Assembly: GCA_963824495.1 (NCBI GenBank)
Contig: CAWGPQ010000008.1
Coordinates: forward strand, 160,001-224,000
Origin: an uncultured bacterium
Lineage (GTDB): Bacteria; Babelota; Babeliae; Babelales; Babelaceae
DNA length: 64,000 bases
Direction: 5' to 3'
Part shown: positions 30,620 to 42,668 of the stretch, piece by piece
How positions within the stretch are numbered: the stretch's first letter is position 1
How the letters are laid out: every line of letters begins with the position of its first letter
The notes under the pieces: model-generated
What the model was told of the DNA's origin: nothing
The model's input: only the letters and a program-made list of their open reading frames with translations
Database searches by the model: none
Program-made: the position numbers and the translations under genes

Positions 30620-30670
30620 TTGACATAGCACAGAGCACCAGCTAAAATAATAATTACAAGATTGTCATTT
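30620..30670 (+). promoter_or_regulatory. Sigma70-like promoter of ankyrin gene 30703
   Basis: TTGACA(30620)-17nt-TAAAAT(30643); paralogous to 32487-32534. Confidence 0.65.
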
Positions 30671-30702
30671 CAAATAAAAAATGGCTTAAATAAAGACATG
30701 AC

Positions 30703-32436
30703 GTGAACAGATACGTTTTTATATTAGCAAGTTTTAGCATCTTTCTATTAGGTTCAAACTGGCTTATGAGCATGCATGATGCTAACCAGAAGCTCCAACT
30801 TCAACTTAATGAGCAATTACTGGAGGCAGTACGAACAGGAGACAAAGACGGTACGGTTTCTTTACTAGAGCAGGGCGTCGACATTAATCACGCTGATAAC
30901 TATGGCACGACTACTCTTATATGGGCAGCAATAAGAGGACATATAGATATAGTTAGGCTGCTTATAAAGCATAACGCTGATGTTAATCACACTGATAAAG
31001 ATGACACAACTGCTCTTATATGGGCGGCAATAAAGGGACATATAGATATAGTTAGATTGCTTCTAGGTCATAACGCTGACGTTAATCATACTGATAAGGA
31101 TGGCATGACTGCTCTTATATGGGCGGTAATAAAGGGACATATAGATATAGTTAGATTGCTTCTAGGTCATAACGCTGACGTTAATCATATTGCTCGTGAT
31201 AGCTATACTGCTCTTACATGGGCAGCTTTTAGGGGACATCTAGAAATAGTTAGAATGCTTATACTGCACAATGCTAACATTAGTCACGCCAATAATGATG
31301 GCAATACTGCCTTAATACTAGTGGCTCAAAAAGGATACGTAGATATTGTTCGACTTCTTCTCACCCATAATGCTCAAGCTAATCTCTTAAATAATGCAGG
31401 CGAATCAGCATTGACCATCGCTCAGCGACGTAATTGTCCTGAAATTATAAGTCTCATTAATACCAGAATCAATGAAGAATTAGTTGACGCTGTAACTCGA
31501 GGTGACATTAACAAGGTTACTGCGTTATTAGAGCAAGGAGCTTATAGTAATTATGATGCTCCTGGCGTAACAGCACTTCAATTTGCAGCATTTTACGGCC
31601 ATTATGATATCGCCGAGCTCCTCCTAGAAAGCAAGGCTGACCTTAACGCTACTGATATTAATCATGCTACCGCACTACATTATGCAGCTGCTACAGGCCA
31701 TAGTAATATAGTTAAACTGCTCTTAGACCATGGAGCTCATGTTAATGCTGCCAAATCGAGTGGTACAACACCGCTTACATTAGCAGCACGTAATGGCCAT
31801 AAAGATATTGTTCTTATGTTACTGCGCCATAATGCTCAAGTTAATCTTTTTAATGATGCAGGTGACTCAGCACTAACCCTTGCCCTCAGAAATAATCATC
31901 CTAACATTGTTGATATTTTCGAAAAATATGCAAATCAAGCTGTATTTCATTTAATACAAAGAGCCGGCCAAAATGGTACACTGGAAAACCTTCCTGCTGA
32001 AATTGCTGCTTTAGTTGCACAATATGCCATGACTGCTGGCAGTGCTCAATCCAACGTCAACGTACAGGATAGTGATGGTAATACTGCATTACATTACGCT
32101 GTCCTTCATAATAATACCTATGGCGTTAGAACATTACTGAGCGATGGTGCCGATATTAACACGAGAAATAATGACGGCAATACACCGTTATACTTAGCAA
32201 TACGGCAAGGTAATGCACATATGATTCAGGTACTGCTTGATGTAGCACATGAACGCGGGGATACTGCCCTTATTGATATGTTGAGCAGAGAGAGAATTAT
32301 ACCTGATATCTTGCGTGATCAGGAACTTTTTCAGCACTTGCATGCTCAAGGTAGAAATGTTCCCAATATTGGCATGCCTGAAGAAATTATAGCTCGTATA
32401 GTTCACTTCTTGCCTAACGCTGACTCTAATTCTTAA
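30703..32436 (+). CDS. Secreted ankyrin-repeat protein with shared C-terminal cassette
   Basis: Signal ending LMS-M; ankyrin array; internal LPAEIAALVAQYA; tail GMPEEIIARIVHFL. Confidence 0.9.
   Translation: MNRYVFILASFSIFLLGSNWLMSMHDANQKLQLQLNEQLLEAVRTGDKDGTVSLLEQGVDINHADNYGTTTLIWAAIRGHIDIVRLLIKHNADVNHTDKDDTTALIWAAIKGHIDIVRLLLGHNADVNHTDKDGMTALIWAVIKGHIDIVRLLLGHNADVNHIARDSYTALTWAAFRGHLEIVRMLILHNANISHANNDGNTALILVAQKGYVDIVRLLLTHNAQANLLNNAGESALTIAQRRNCPEIISLINTRINEELVDAVTRGDINKVTALLEQGAYSNYDAPGVTALQFAAFYGHYDIAELLLESKADLNATDINHATALHYAAATGHSNIVKLLLDHGAHVNAAKSSGTTPLTLAARNGHKDIVLMLLRHNAQVNLFNDAGDSALTLALRNNHPNIVDIFEKYANQAVFHLIQRAGQNGTLENLPAEIAALVAQYAMTAGSAQSNVNVQDSDGNTALHYAVLHNNTYGVRTLLSDGADINTRNNDGNTPLYLAIRQGNAHMIQVLLDVAHERGDTALIDMLSRERIIPDILRDQELFQHLHAQGRNVPNIGMPEEIIARIVHFLPNADSNS
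30880..31190 (+). repeat. Near-identical 99-bp tandem ankyrin-coding repeats (about 3)
   Basis: CTCTTATATGGGC recurs at 99-bp spacing followed by GGACATATAGATATAGTTAG. Confidence 0.8.
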
Positions 32437-32486
32437 CTTTCCTCATACTATTTCTGCTCAACCCTGTAGTTTTAATTCTAACTCAT

Positions 32487-32534
32487 TTGACACAGAACAG
32501 AGCAATGAGTTAAAATAACAATTACAAGATTGTT
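32487..32534 (+). promoter_or_regulatory. Duplicate promoter with palindrome upstream of ankyrin gene 32572
   Basis: TTGACA(32487)-18nt-TAAAAT(32511); overlapping AATAACA-N9-TGTTATT. Confidence 0.6.
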
Positions 32535-32571
32535 ATTTTTAAATAAGATATAGCTTTAACAAAGGCACAAT

Positions 32572-33683
32572 ATGAACAAGTATATCCTGGCACTAGCACA
32601 TTTTGGTATCTTCTTATTTGGCTCACATCAACTCATGAGCATGGATTTTCAGCTTGCTGATCAGTTATTAGAGGCAGCAACAGTAGGCGACAAAAATACT
32701 GTTATCTCCTTATTAGGCCAGAAGGCCAATATTAAGCACACTAATCGTTACGGCTGGGACCCTTTAATATTGGCAGCTTATAATGGGCACACAAATATAG
32801 TTAAAATGCTTATAGAGGCTGATTCTGACGTCAATCATGCTGATATTGATGGCAATACTGCTCTTATGTGGGCAGCTAACGAAAAGCAGACAGATATAGT
32901 TAACGTGCTTATAGAACATAAAGCTGGTGTTAATCACGCCGATAAGCACGGTAATACAGCTCTTACCATGGCAGCTTTTAGTGGATATACAGATATAGTT
33001 AAAATGCTCATAGAAGCTGAAGCTAATATTAATCATGCCGAGGACGGTGGCTGGACTGCTCTTATGTTTACGACAAGATTTGGAAAAACAATAGAGATAG
33101 TTAAAATGCTTATAGAGGCTGGCGCTAACGTCAATCACACTAATAAGCGCGGCGAAACTGCTCTCGTTCACGCAGCTGAAATAAAAGCAAAAGATGTTGT
33201 TCAGATTCTTCTCAGCCATGGTGCTCAAGTTGACCTTTTGAATAATGCAGGTAAATCAGCACTGACTATTGCCCAGCAAAATAATCACCATGAAATTGTA
33301 GATCTCATTGATAAACATATAAGAATTATGGCGTCATACACCGGCAGGGCAAGCGGTTCCTCCTGAGATTGTTATTTTAGTTGCACGATATGCTATGGCT
33401 GCCGGCAACGCTCAATCTAACATTAACGCACAGCATGCTGATGGTAATACTGCATTACATTACGCCGTCCTTCACAGTAACACCCATGGCGTTAGAACAT
33501 TACTTATTGATAGTGCTGATATTAATGCTGTAAATAATGACGGCCATACAGCTCCGCAGTTAGCAATACAACAGAATCACGCCGATATAGCTCAGATACT
33601 GCTTGGTGCTCAAGCCAAAGACACCGCTTGATGTAGCACTTGAGCATGGAAACGCTGATGTTATGGATATACCCAGCAAATAG
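32572..33683 (+). pseudogene. Secreted ankyrin gene with frameshifted 3' part (ORFs 32572-33366 and 33395-33631)
   Basis: Alternate frame near 33345 reads AGQAVPPEIVILVARYAMAAGNAQSN matching 30703's LPAEIAALVAQYAMTAGSAQSN; further TPLDVALEHG relic out of frame; the 264-aa first ORF may still be expressed. Confidence 0.75.
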
Positions 33684-33885
33684 GCTTGCCTATAATTTTC
33701 ACCATTAGAATTTCTTTGATAACCACTAATTATCTTGCTACCGCTGCTACTTGTGCACGTCTTAATATAACAAAGTCATACATTTCTGAATAATAGGTAT
33801 TGCTGAGAATATCAAGCTAGGCTACACTAAGAGCAAACATATTACCACTATACCGTGAGAAACTTTTAATTTACATTTTTAATAC

Positions 33886-36108
33886 ATGGACACAGAAACA
33901 ACAAACTTAGAACGTAACAAAAAATTTACACAATTCTTTACCAAAAGCCTCAATCCTGAGCAACAAGAAGCAGTAAGCCAAAAAGATGGTGTTCTGCTTA
34001 TATGCGCTGGGGCTGGTTCCGGTAAAACGCGCGTCATAACTGCTCGTATCACCCATCTTGTTTTGAGTCACAGCGTTCCACCTGAATCTATTATTGCTCT
34101 TACCTTTACCAACAAAGCAGCACGTGAGATGAAAGAGCGCATTATTTCATTTTTAGGTGATACTTCGGTTGTTCCCTATGTTGGCACCTTTCACGCCTAC
34201 TGCCTCAGAATTTTAAAAACTCATAATCATTTACTTACAACACCTGATTTTTCCATTCTTGATGAAGCTGATCAAGAAAAAATGGTTCGAACACTTATAC
34301 AACGTTATGCTCTTCAAAAAAGAATTACAGCACGTCAGGTTATCTCTCTCGTTTCACGTCTTAAAAACGATGCTATTTCAGCTTGTGTTGATGAAAACCA
34401 ACTTCAAGATCCGCTCATGAGGCAAATTTATAGGGCATACGAACAAGAGAAAAATCTCTCACATTGCCTTGATTTTGACGATCTTTTGCTTGAAACGCTT
34501 AAACTATTTAAAAATAGTCCAAACTTCAAGTATGCGTTCAATCAGCACATACGTCACGTATTGGTTGATGAATACCAAGATACCAATCATGTTCAGCACG
34601 CATTGCTCAAAGCGCTTGCGTTAACTGAGTTAGGTGATCTTGCTATCAATTCACTCTGCGTTGTTGGCGATGAAGATCAATCTATCTATTCGTGGCGTGG
34701 CGCAACAGTTACTAATATTATGAACTTCACGGGTGATTTCCCTGAGGTCCGAAGACTGACACTTGAGCACAATTATCGATCAGTACAACCAATTTTAGAT
34801 ACTGCTCATTCTGTTATTATGCATAACCGGCAGCGCAATCCTAAGCGCCTCTGGTCACAGCGTTCAGGATCAGATTGTGTGCGATTGCTCAAATGTACTT
34901 CTGGCTATCAGGAAGCTGAAATGCTAGCCACTTTGGCAAAAAACCCAAATTTTGGCAAACTTTCGTCACTAGCGGTGCTCTATCGATCACATTATCAATC
35001 ACGAATTCTTGAAGAAGCGCTTATCCGTCATTCGGTACCCTATAAAATTATAGGTGGTATACAGTTTTATGATCGTCTAGAAATTAAAGATTTATTGGCC
35101 TACTTACGTCTTATAGTAAACCCTTTTGATCGCTTCTCTTTTATGCGTGCCATTGCAACTCCAAGCAGAGGTTTGGGTGAAAAATTTCAAGAATTATTTA
35201 TGGAGGTTTGGGATCAGCATCCTTTTTTAACGTTTATTGACGTTGCCTATATGCTTATTAATAATAAGCTCTTGCCTCAGGCAAAACAAGAATCTCTTGA
35301 GCAATTTATCAAGCTCTTCTCATCATATTCACGTACCGATAACGCATATAACACACTTGAATCTGTGCTACGTAACACTCAGTACATAAGTCATCTTAAA
35401 ACTTCATTTGATGCCCAAGAAGCGCTAGCAAAAGCAGAAAACGTTAAAGAGCTTACGCAAGCGCTACGTGCTATGCAAGAACGTGGTGTTGTATCCATAG
35501 AAGCATTTCTTGATGAAGTTTCTCTTCTACAAGATGCCCGCACACATACCAATGACGAACAAGAATACATTTCGCTCATGACTCTTCATGCAGCAAAAGG
35601 ACTTGAGTTCGATACAGTAATGATCACAGGTCTTGAAGAAAACGTTTTGCCAAGCGGCCATGCAGTAACTGTCCCTGAATTACTTGAAGAAGAGCGACGG
35701 CTTTTTTATGTTGGCATAACACGAGCACGTGAACGTCTTCTTATTACCAATGCACGTTTTCGTTCTATATATGGTACGCTTACTGAACAAAAAAGCTCAC
35801 GCTTTGTTAAAGAGCTTACTCTCGGTCCTGTTAGGCAAGATGATAGCTCTACGTGGCAACCATCGCATACACAGCAGTATTTTAACGAATGGCTTACTCC
35901 TGCTATGCGTAAGCAGCACGATAAAAATACCTATACCCCCGCACAAGCTCCAGCCACCTGGCAACTTCAGCAATGGGTTAAGCATGAGAAGTTTGGTCAT
36001 GGCTTGATAGAGAAAATAGAACAGCGAGACACTCAGCACGTTTACTTAACGATCAAGTTTACTCATGGCTCAAAAAAGCTTGCTGGAAACTTCGTAGAGC
36101 CTGCTTAA
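33886..36108 (+). CDS. pcrA: UvrD/PcrA-family helicase
   Basis: AGAGSGKT, VDEYQD, VGDEDQSIY, MTLHAAKGLEF, EEERRLFYVGITRA. Confidence 0.92.
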   Translation: MDTETTNLERNKKFTQFFTKSLNPEQQEAVSQKDGVLLICAGAGSGKTRVITARITHLVLSHSVPPESIIALTFTNKAAREMKERIISFLGDTSVVPYVGTFHAYCLRILKTHNHLLTTPDFSILDEADQEKMVRTLIQRYALQKRITARQVISLVSRLKNDAISACVDENQLQDPLMRQIYRAYEQEKNLSHCLDFDDLLLETLKLFKNSPNFKYAFNQHIRHVLVDEYQDTNHVQHALLKALALTELGDLAINSLCVVGDEDQSIYSWRGATVTNIMNFTGDFPEVRRLTLEHNYRSVQPILDTAHSVIMHNRQRNPKRLWSQRSGSDCVRLLKCTSGYQEAEMLATLAKNPNFGKLSSLAVLYRSHYQSRILEEALIRHSVPYKIIGGIQFYDRLEIKDLLAYLRLIVNPFDRFSFMRAIATPSRGLGEKFQELFMEVWDQHPFLTFIDVAYMLINNKLLPQAKQESLEQFIKLFSSYSRTDNAYNTLESVLRNTQYISHLKTSFDAQEALAKAENVKELTQALRAMQERGVVSIEAFLDEVSLLQDARTHTNDEQEYISLMTLHAAKGLEFDTVMITGLEENVLPSGHAVTVPELLEEERRLFYVGITRARERLLITNARFRSIYGTLTEQKSSRFVKELTLGPVRQDDSSTWQPSHTQQYFNEWLTPAMRKQHDKNTYTPAQAPATWQLQQWVKHEKFGHGLIEKIEQRDTQHVYLTIKFTHGSKKLAGNFVEPA

Positions 36109-36722
36109 TCTTGTTCATGAGCATCAGCGAGATCTTCTGCAAGGGTTGTAACAATACGTACAGGCTGATTAATACTAAGCTCTCTGATTAATGGTTTATT
36201 ATTGTAGGTGAGTACGGCAAGATGCTTTACAAGCGCTGGCACATCTGTGGTTGGAGTAATAGTGATATCTTTACCAAAAACTTGGCCACTAGGTAACTTA
36301 ACGCCGTTACCCGGAACTATAAAGTAACCGGAACGTGTTTTTACAACATCGTAAAGCTTATTTTGCACGGTTGGGTTGCTCGTAAGATAAGGCCCTTGCC
36401 ACATATCAGGATGTGCTAAATTCATTGATCCCACTGCAGAACCAACAAAGCTTTTAACGTTTAAAAAATTAATAGGATTTCTGTCGCCCTCAAAATCTAT
36501 AATGTGACTAGTGTCATTAATTGATTTAAATATCGCTTCAAGCCGATCCATATCATCAGCAATTATTTGAGAAGCTTCCGTATGGGCTTGGTACCAGTAA
36601 AACTTGACCGTAATACCCACAAGCAGAGCAAGTACTAATGCAGCAACGAGCGAAAACAGGCGGTTCTTGGGCTCCTTATATACAGCCCGTATATGCTTGT
36701 GTAGTGCTTTGCTCATGCACAT
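36105..36722 (-). CDS. Hypothetical membrane-anchored protein, GspG/pseudopilin-like
   Basis: Single N-terminal hydrophobic helix, amphipathic helix, WQGPYL motif. Confidence 0.45.
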   Translation of the reverse strand: MCMSKALHKHIRAVYKEPKNRLFSLVAALVLALLVGITVKFYWYQAHTEASQIIADDMDRLEAIFKSINDTSHIIDFEGDRNPINFLNVKSFVGSAVGSMNLAHPDMWQGPYLTSNPTVQNKLYDVVKTRSGYFIVPGNGVKLPSGQVFGKDITITPTTDVPALVKHLAVLTYNNKPLIRELSINQPVRIVTTLAEDLADAHEQD

Positions 36723-36798
36723 GATCCTTTTCTAGTTTTTTTGAAAAACGATTCAAGATAAGCATAGCACAATCAACTTGAGAAAATTAATAGTATCT

Positions 36799-37866
<1,068 letters not shown>

Positions 37867-37954
37867 TCAAAGTATCTCTATAACTATAGCGAGCTCTTAC
37901 TATTTTGCCAAGCAAACTCATGACACTTATTCATAACTGCTTTTAAGCTGCTGT

Positions 37955-39424
37955 TTATCCATTTGAGTTAGGGTTAGGCAAAAACCCAACTATACGGGCT
38001 ATAATTTCTTCGGGCATACCAATAGCCGGAACATTTCTACCCTGAGCTTGCAATTGTTGAAAGAGTCTGTCATCGCGCAAGATATCAGGTATAATTATCT
38101 CTCTGCTGAGCACATCCAGAACGGCAGTATCCCCGCGTTCATGTGCTACATCAAGCGGTGTCTGATTTCTCGTATTTCTTACGGTATAATCAGCATGAGC
38201 ATTAAGCAGTGTTTGAACTATATCTACGTGGCCATATTGTAGTGCCAAATGTAACGGCGTATTGCCCTGTGCATTTTGAGCGTTAATATCTGCATCATGA
38301 GCAAGTAGCACCTGTAAAATAACATCATTGCCATTACGTGCTGCATAATGAAGAGCAGTATTACCGTCGTTATCTTGCATGCCTAGATCAGGGTTGTATT
38401 CATTAAGTAAAAGCTCAACAAGTTCGTTATAGTTTTGAGCAACTGCCCAGTGTAACGCTGTCATGCCAAACTCATCTTGAGCATTAACTTTAACGTGAAC
38501 AGGCTCAGCTCTAAAACGATTGATAATCCCTTGAAAAATTGAAGCACTTTCCCGATGTCTGTCTTGATGCCTGCTAAGAATATCTATAACACTATCCCTA
38601 TCTCTCATGATAATTGCCTGAGCCAGCGGCGAAATGCCAGCCTGACGTAACGCCAGCTCATACGTTTCCCCGTCATACCCTTTGTTTTTTTTATCTAAAA
38701 AAGCAGAAGATGCTCGTATGCCACGGCATACAAGCCATATAAGTACTTCCTTGAGGCTTTCACGTTGTTGATCTGAACTTTGTAACATTTTACAACCTAC
38801 CTTCAGGATAGCAGGACGCTCAAGCTCACGTGGATGCCTAACGTCAGCTCCGTGATTTCTAAGCAACTCTATCGTTTCAATATCATCATTAAGAGCAACT
38901 AACGTAAAAACAGAGTCACCATTATTATCGACATGATTAATATCAGCATCATGCTCTATGAGCAATCTAACTATATCTGTATGTCCATGCTGAGCAGCAT
39001 ACATCAGAGCAGTCCTGCGATAGCCATCGACATGATTAACATTAACTTTATGCTCCATAAGCAGTTGGACTATATCTATACGTCCATTACGAGCAGCATC
39101 CAATAGAGCAGTAATACCATACCCATCGGCATGATTAACGTTAGCGCCATATTCTATAAGCAATCTCACTATCTCTCTATGGCCCTGCCTAACTGCAACT
39201 GTAAGAGCTGTGGCGCCAGCAGTATTAGCATAATTAACGTCAGCACCTTCCCTGAGTAAGGATATTACGCTATCTGTATCTCCATTTGCTGCTGCCACTA
39301 TTAGTTGCATATTAAGCTGAAGCTGATTTGGATCAGGTTGATCCATACTTATAAGTTGAGAGGGACCTACCAGAAGCATACAGCATGTAGCCAATACCAT
39401 TTTATAAGTGCTCATAGTCACCAT
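37955..39424 (-). CDS. Secreted ankyrin-repeat protein with shared C-terminal cassette
   Basis: Signal ending LIS-M; ankyrin repeats; tail GMPEEIIARIVGFL. Confidence 0.9.
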   Translation of the reverse strand: MVTMSTYKMVLATCCMLLVGPSQLISMDQPDPNQLQLNMQLIVAAANGDTDSVISLLREGADVNYANTAGATALTVAVRQGHREIVRLLIEYGANVNHADGYGITALLDAARNGRIDIVQLLMEHKVNVNHVDGYRRTALMYAAQHGHTDIVRLLIEHDADINHVDNNGDSVFTLVALNDDIETIELLRNHGADVRHPRELERPAILKVGCKMLQSSDQQRESLKEVLIWLVCRGIRASSAFLDKKNKGYDGETYELALRQAGISPLAQAIIMRDRDSVIDILSRHQDRHRESASIFQGIINRFRAEPVHVKVNAQDEFGMTALHWAVAQNYNELVELLLNEYNPDLGMQDNDGNTALHYAARNGNDVILQVLLAHDADINAQNAQGNTPLHLALQYGHVDIVQTLLNAHADYTVRNTRNQTPLDVAHERGDTAVLDVLSREIIIPDILRDDRLFQQLQAQGRNVPAIGMPEEIIARIVGFLPNPNSNG

Positions 39425-39462
39425 CTTTATACCTCCTCCTCGCTATGATATACGTCTAATAT

Positions 39463-40824
39463 TTATATTCTAGACGAACTTCCTGGTATTCCTCCTCGTC
39501 CAATTTCTGCCGCTATTATTCTGATCATTTCTGCTGGTGCACCGCGTTCACGTCCTGCTTGAGTACGCTGAGCAAGGCCCTGGCCGATAGTACTACCAAT
39601 CATTCCTTGGGTGACGCTATCGATAATAGCATCGGCAATGTCTTGATAAAGTTGTGTACGTAGCTGGTCACCACAAGCTTGTGCTTCTTGCCTAAGTCTT
39701 TCAGCTAAATCAAGAGGTGTTAGGTGTTCTGCATTTTGTATTGACCAGCTTGCACGCCGCAGCAATGCTGTAACTACCGACAGATTACCCTGAGTTACAG
39801 CCCAGTGTAATGCTGTCATGCCACGTATGCCTTGCGCATCAATCTCTTGTCGGGACAGTGCTTCAAGAAGACGCTTAACTTCAGCTTCATTGCCTAATAA
39901 TGCCGCGAGCGCAAGAGGCGCTGTAACCATCTCTCGCAGTACCTGCGGTTCGTGTTCATCATGTTCATTAATTTGATTAAACAAATCACCAAGTTGATTA
40001 ATTTGAGCACCATGAGCAATCAATTGTATTACCCCATACTGGTTATTGAATGACATTGCCCAAAAAAGAGGGCTATAGCCATCATTATCTAAAGCATTAA
40101 CGTTGGCACCATGAGCTATGAGGGATTCAATTATACCGGCCCCTTCAATATCGTGGGTCGCAGCTGCCTTATGAAGTGGTGTAGATCTCCGTGCATTAGC
40201 AATAGTGACATCTGCTCCACGAGCTATAAGAATTTGTGCAATATCAACATTGTTATACAAAAGTACTAACAATAAAGGTGTCTCATTCTGCGCATTAGTC
40301 GCATCAATAGCTATTCCTTCAGCTTGAAGTAGGCACTTAACGATTGCGGTCCAACCTAGCCTAGCCGCTCTATGTAAAGCAGTAGACCCCAAGTAATCCT
40401 TTTTGTTAGCATCTGCCCGGTTAGCAAGCAATATAGCAACCAGTGGTTGTCTATTGTTAACAGCTGCCAAATAAAGGGGTGTTTCGCCGTGCTCATTAAT
40501 AACATCGATAGGCGCCTGATAATTAATAAGCTGATCGGCTATATTCGTAAAGCCCAATCTAGCAGCTCTATGAAGAGGTGTGTTTCCCTCATGGTCAGTG
40601 TAATCAAGATCAACTCCCTCTTGAAGCAACATGCCAACGGTGTGCTCATCTCCTTGAGCTACCGCATGAAGTAAGTCTTCATTACGCTTCATCCTTTGTT
40701 CTGCTTGATCCTGCTTAGCAAGCAGTGCTTCAATATTCATTGAGTTAAGTGCAGGCACAAACTGCAGAGACAGTATAAACACCGCCAGCACTACCTTACA
40801 TTTCATCATATATCCCATCTTCAT
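39463..40824 (-). CDS. Secreted ankyrin-repeat protein
   Basis: Signal ending LNS-M; GNTPLH/GETPLY repeats; tail GAPAEMIRIIAAEI. Confidence 0.88.
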   Translation of the reverse strand: MKMGYMMKCKVVLAVFILSLQFVPALNSMNIEALLAKQDQAEQRMKRNEDLLHAVAQGDEHTVGMLLQEGVDLDYTDHEGNTPLHRAARLGFTNIADQLINYQAPIDVINEHGETPLYLAAVNNRQPLVAILLANRADANKKDYLGSTALHRAARLGWTAIVKCLLQAEGIAIDATNAQNETPLLLVLLYNNVDIAQILIARGADVTIANARRSTPLHKAAATHDIEGAGIIESLIAHGANVNALDNDGYSPLFWAMSFNNQYGVIQLIAHGAQINQLGDLFNQINEHDEHEPQVLREMVTAPLALAALLGNEAEVKRLLEALSRQEIDAQGIRGMTALHWAVTQGNLSVVTALLRRASWSIQNAEHLTPLDLAERLRQEAQACGDQLRTQLYQDIADAIIDSVTQGMIGSTIGQGLAQRTQAGRERGAPAEMIRIIAAEIGRGGIPGSSSRI

Positions 40825-41099
40825 ATGTTCACCTACTAATTTCGGCTAAAGGGTTGCTTAATAATAATTTAAATTAACCATATAATTATGAACTCATGCG
40901 CTAGATTATTAAGATTAATTTCAATATTAATTTCAAATTTAATACAAAATAGCAGAATTGTCTAGTTAAGATATTGGCTCGCGTTAACACCAATAAAAAA
41001 TTCTGCTAAAAAGCTTATTTTTATAGAGCATGAGAGGCTCATTAAGCTATAGTAGATGCAGAAAGGTGTCGGTGTGTTTGGTCAACTATGTACTCAAAT

Positions 41100-42441
41100 T
41101 TAAGAGTTAACATTAGAATTAGGGTTAGACAAGAAGCCAACTATACGTGCTATGATTTCTTCAGACATACCAATAGCCGGAACATTTCTACCCTGAGCTC
41201 GCAAGTGTTCAAAGAGCTGCTGATCTCGCAAAATCTCAGGTATAATTATCTCTCTGTTGAGCATGTCAATAATAGCATCATTCCTATACTCATATGCTAG
41301 CTCAAGCGGTGTCTGATTTCTTGTATTTCTTATGATATGGTCAGCGCCGGCGGCAATGAGTGCCTGAACTGCGCCTGCATGACCTTGTCGTATTGCCAAG
41401 TGTAACGCTGTGTTGCCATCGTTATCTACAGCATTAATACTTGCACTATGAGCAATTAACACTTGAAGAGCAACATCATTACCATTACGTGCAGCATAAT
41501 GAAGTGGAGCATTACCATCTTCATCTTGTACGTTCAGATTAAGGTTGTAATTAGCAAGTAAATCTTCAACAAGAGCTTCATAATTTTGAGTAACAGCCCA
41601 ATGCAACACCGTCATGCCAAACTCATATCGAGCACCAATGGCACAGCTTGAAAGAAGCCTTGTAATGCTTTCTCTATCCCTGGTGATAATTGCCAAAGCC
41701 AGCAGTGAAACTCCGCTATTCCTTATTGCTTGTGTAATACTATCTCTATCTTGAGCAGATAACGTGGAAGGTATATTAGCACCATAACGTACAAGCATTC
41801 TAATTAGCATCTCCGTATGCTTACTGCAAGCCGCCGCGAGTAGAGCAGTAAAACCAAACTTATGAACATCATTAACATTAGCACCGTGCTCTAGAAGCAT
41901 ATTAACTATTTCTATATAGTCATGATGAGCTGCCAACATAAGAGCAGTGGTGCCAATATTGTCCGCATGATTAACATCAGCACTGTGCTCTAGAAGCATT
42001 CTAACTATTTCTATACACCCGATTGGTTGCCCAGTAAAGAGCAGTCTCACCTCCTATATTAGCACGATTAACGTCAGCATCACACTTCGCTCTTCGAGCT
42101 TCGTATGGCAGGCCAGCTTTCATGAGCATGCTAACCATCTCTATAGGTCCATCAAGTACTGCATTCATAAGAGGTGTAATGCCATTATGATCCACACAAT
42201 TAACGTCAGCTCTATCTTGAAGTAGCCTCGCAACTTCAGTAGCATCTCCATTGTAAGCTGCATCTAACAACTGCTCATCAAGTTGAACCTGCAATTGGTC
42301 AATTTGCAATTGGTTAAGCTGCATTTGGTTTAAATTCTGTTGTAATTGATCAAGCTGGTCCATACTTAAAAGCTGAGAAGTCCCTAGCAGAAGTACACAA
42401 CATGTAGCCACGATGATTTTATTAGCATTTAGTGCAGTCAT
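41100..42441 (-). pseudogene. Secreted ankyrin gene split by a frameshift near 42018
   Basis: ORF 42001-42441 (GETALYWATN) continues as GCIEIVRMLLEH in ORF 41100-42050; paralog of 37955-39424. Confidence 0.85.
42081..42113 (-). repeat. Small palindromic element inserted in frame (LPYEARRAKC)
   Basis: CATAC-GAA-GCTC-GAA-GAGC-GAA-GTGTG hairpin interrupts KAG/ADVN ankyrin consensus; core AAGCTCGAAGAGC also at 22791-22803. Confidence 0.65.
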
Positions 42442-42668
42442 TTTATTGCCTTATTTTTAGATACTGTTTAAAATTTATCTTGAATTAAAAATTTGTTATA
42501 GTTAGAATTTTAAATATCTTCATCGCAAAGTCAAGCATCTTTTACGACGAGCTTATAGAGCTATAACATTTTGTGTGCCCAAGAAAGGGAGAGTCCTTGA
42601 AGTTTGTTATAAACTAGACGGTTTGCCCAGCTCACAACCAGCCTTCTCGATACTCTTGTCAAGGTATA

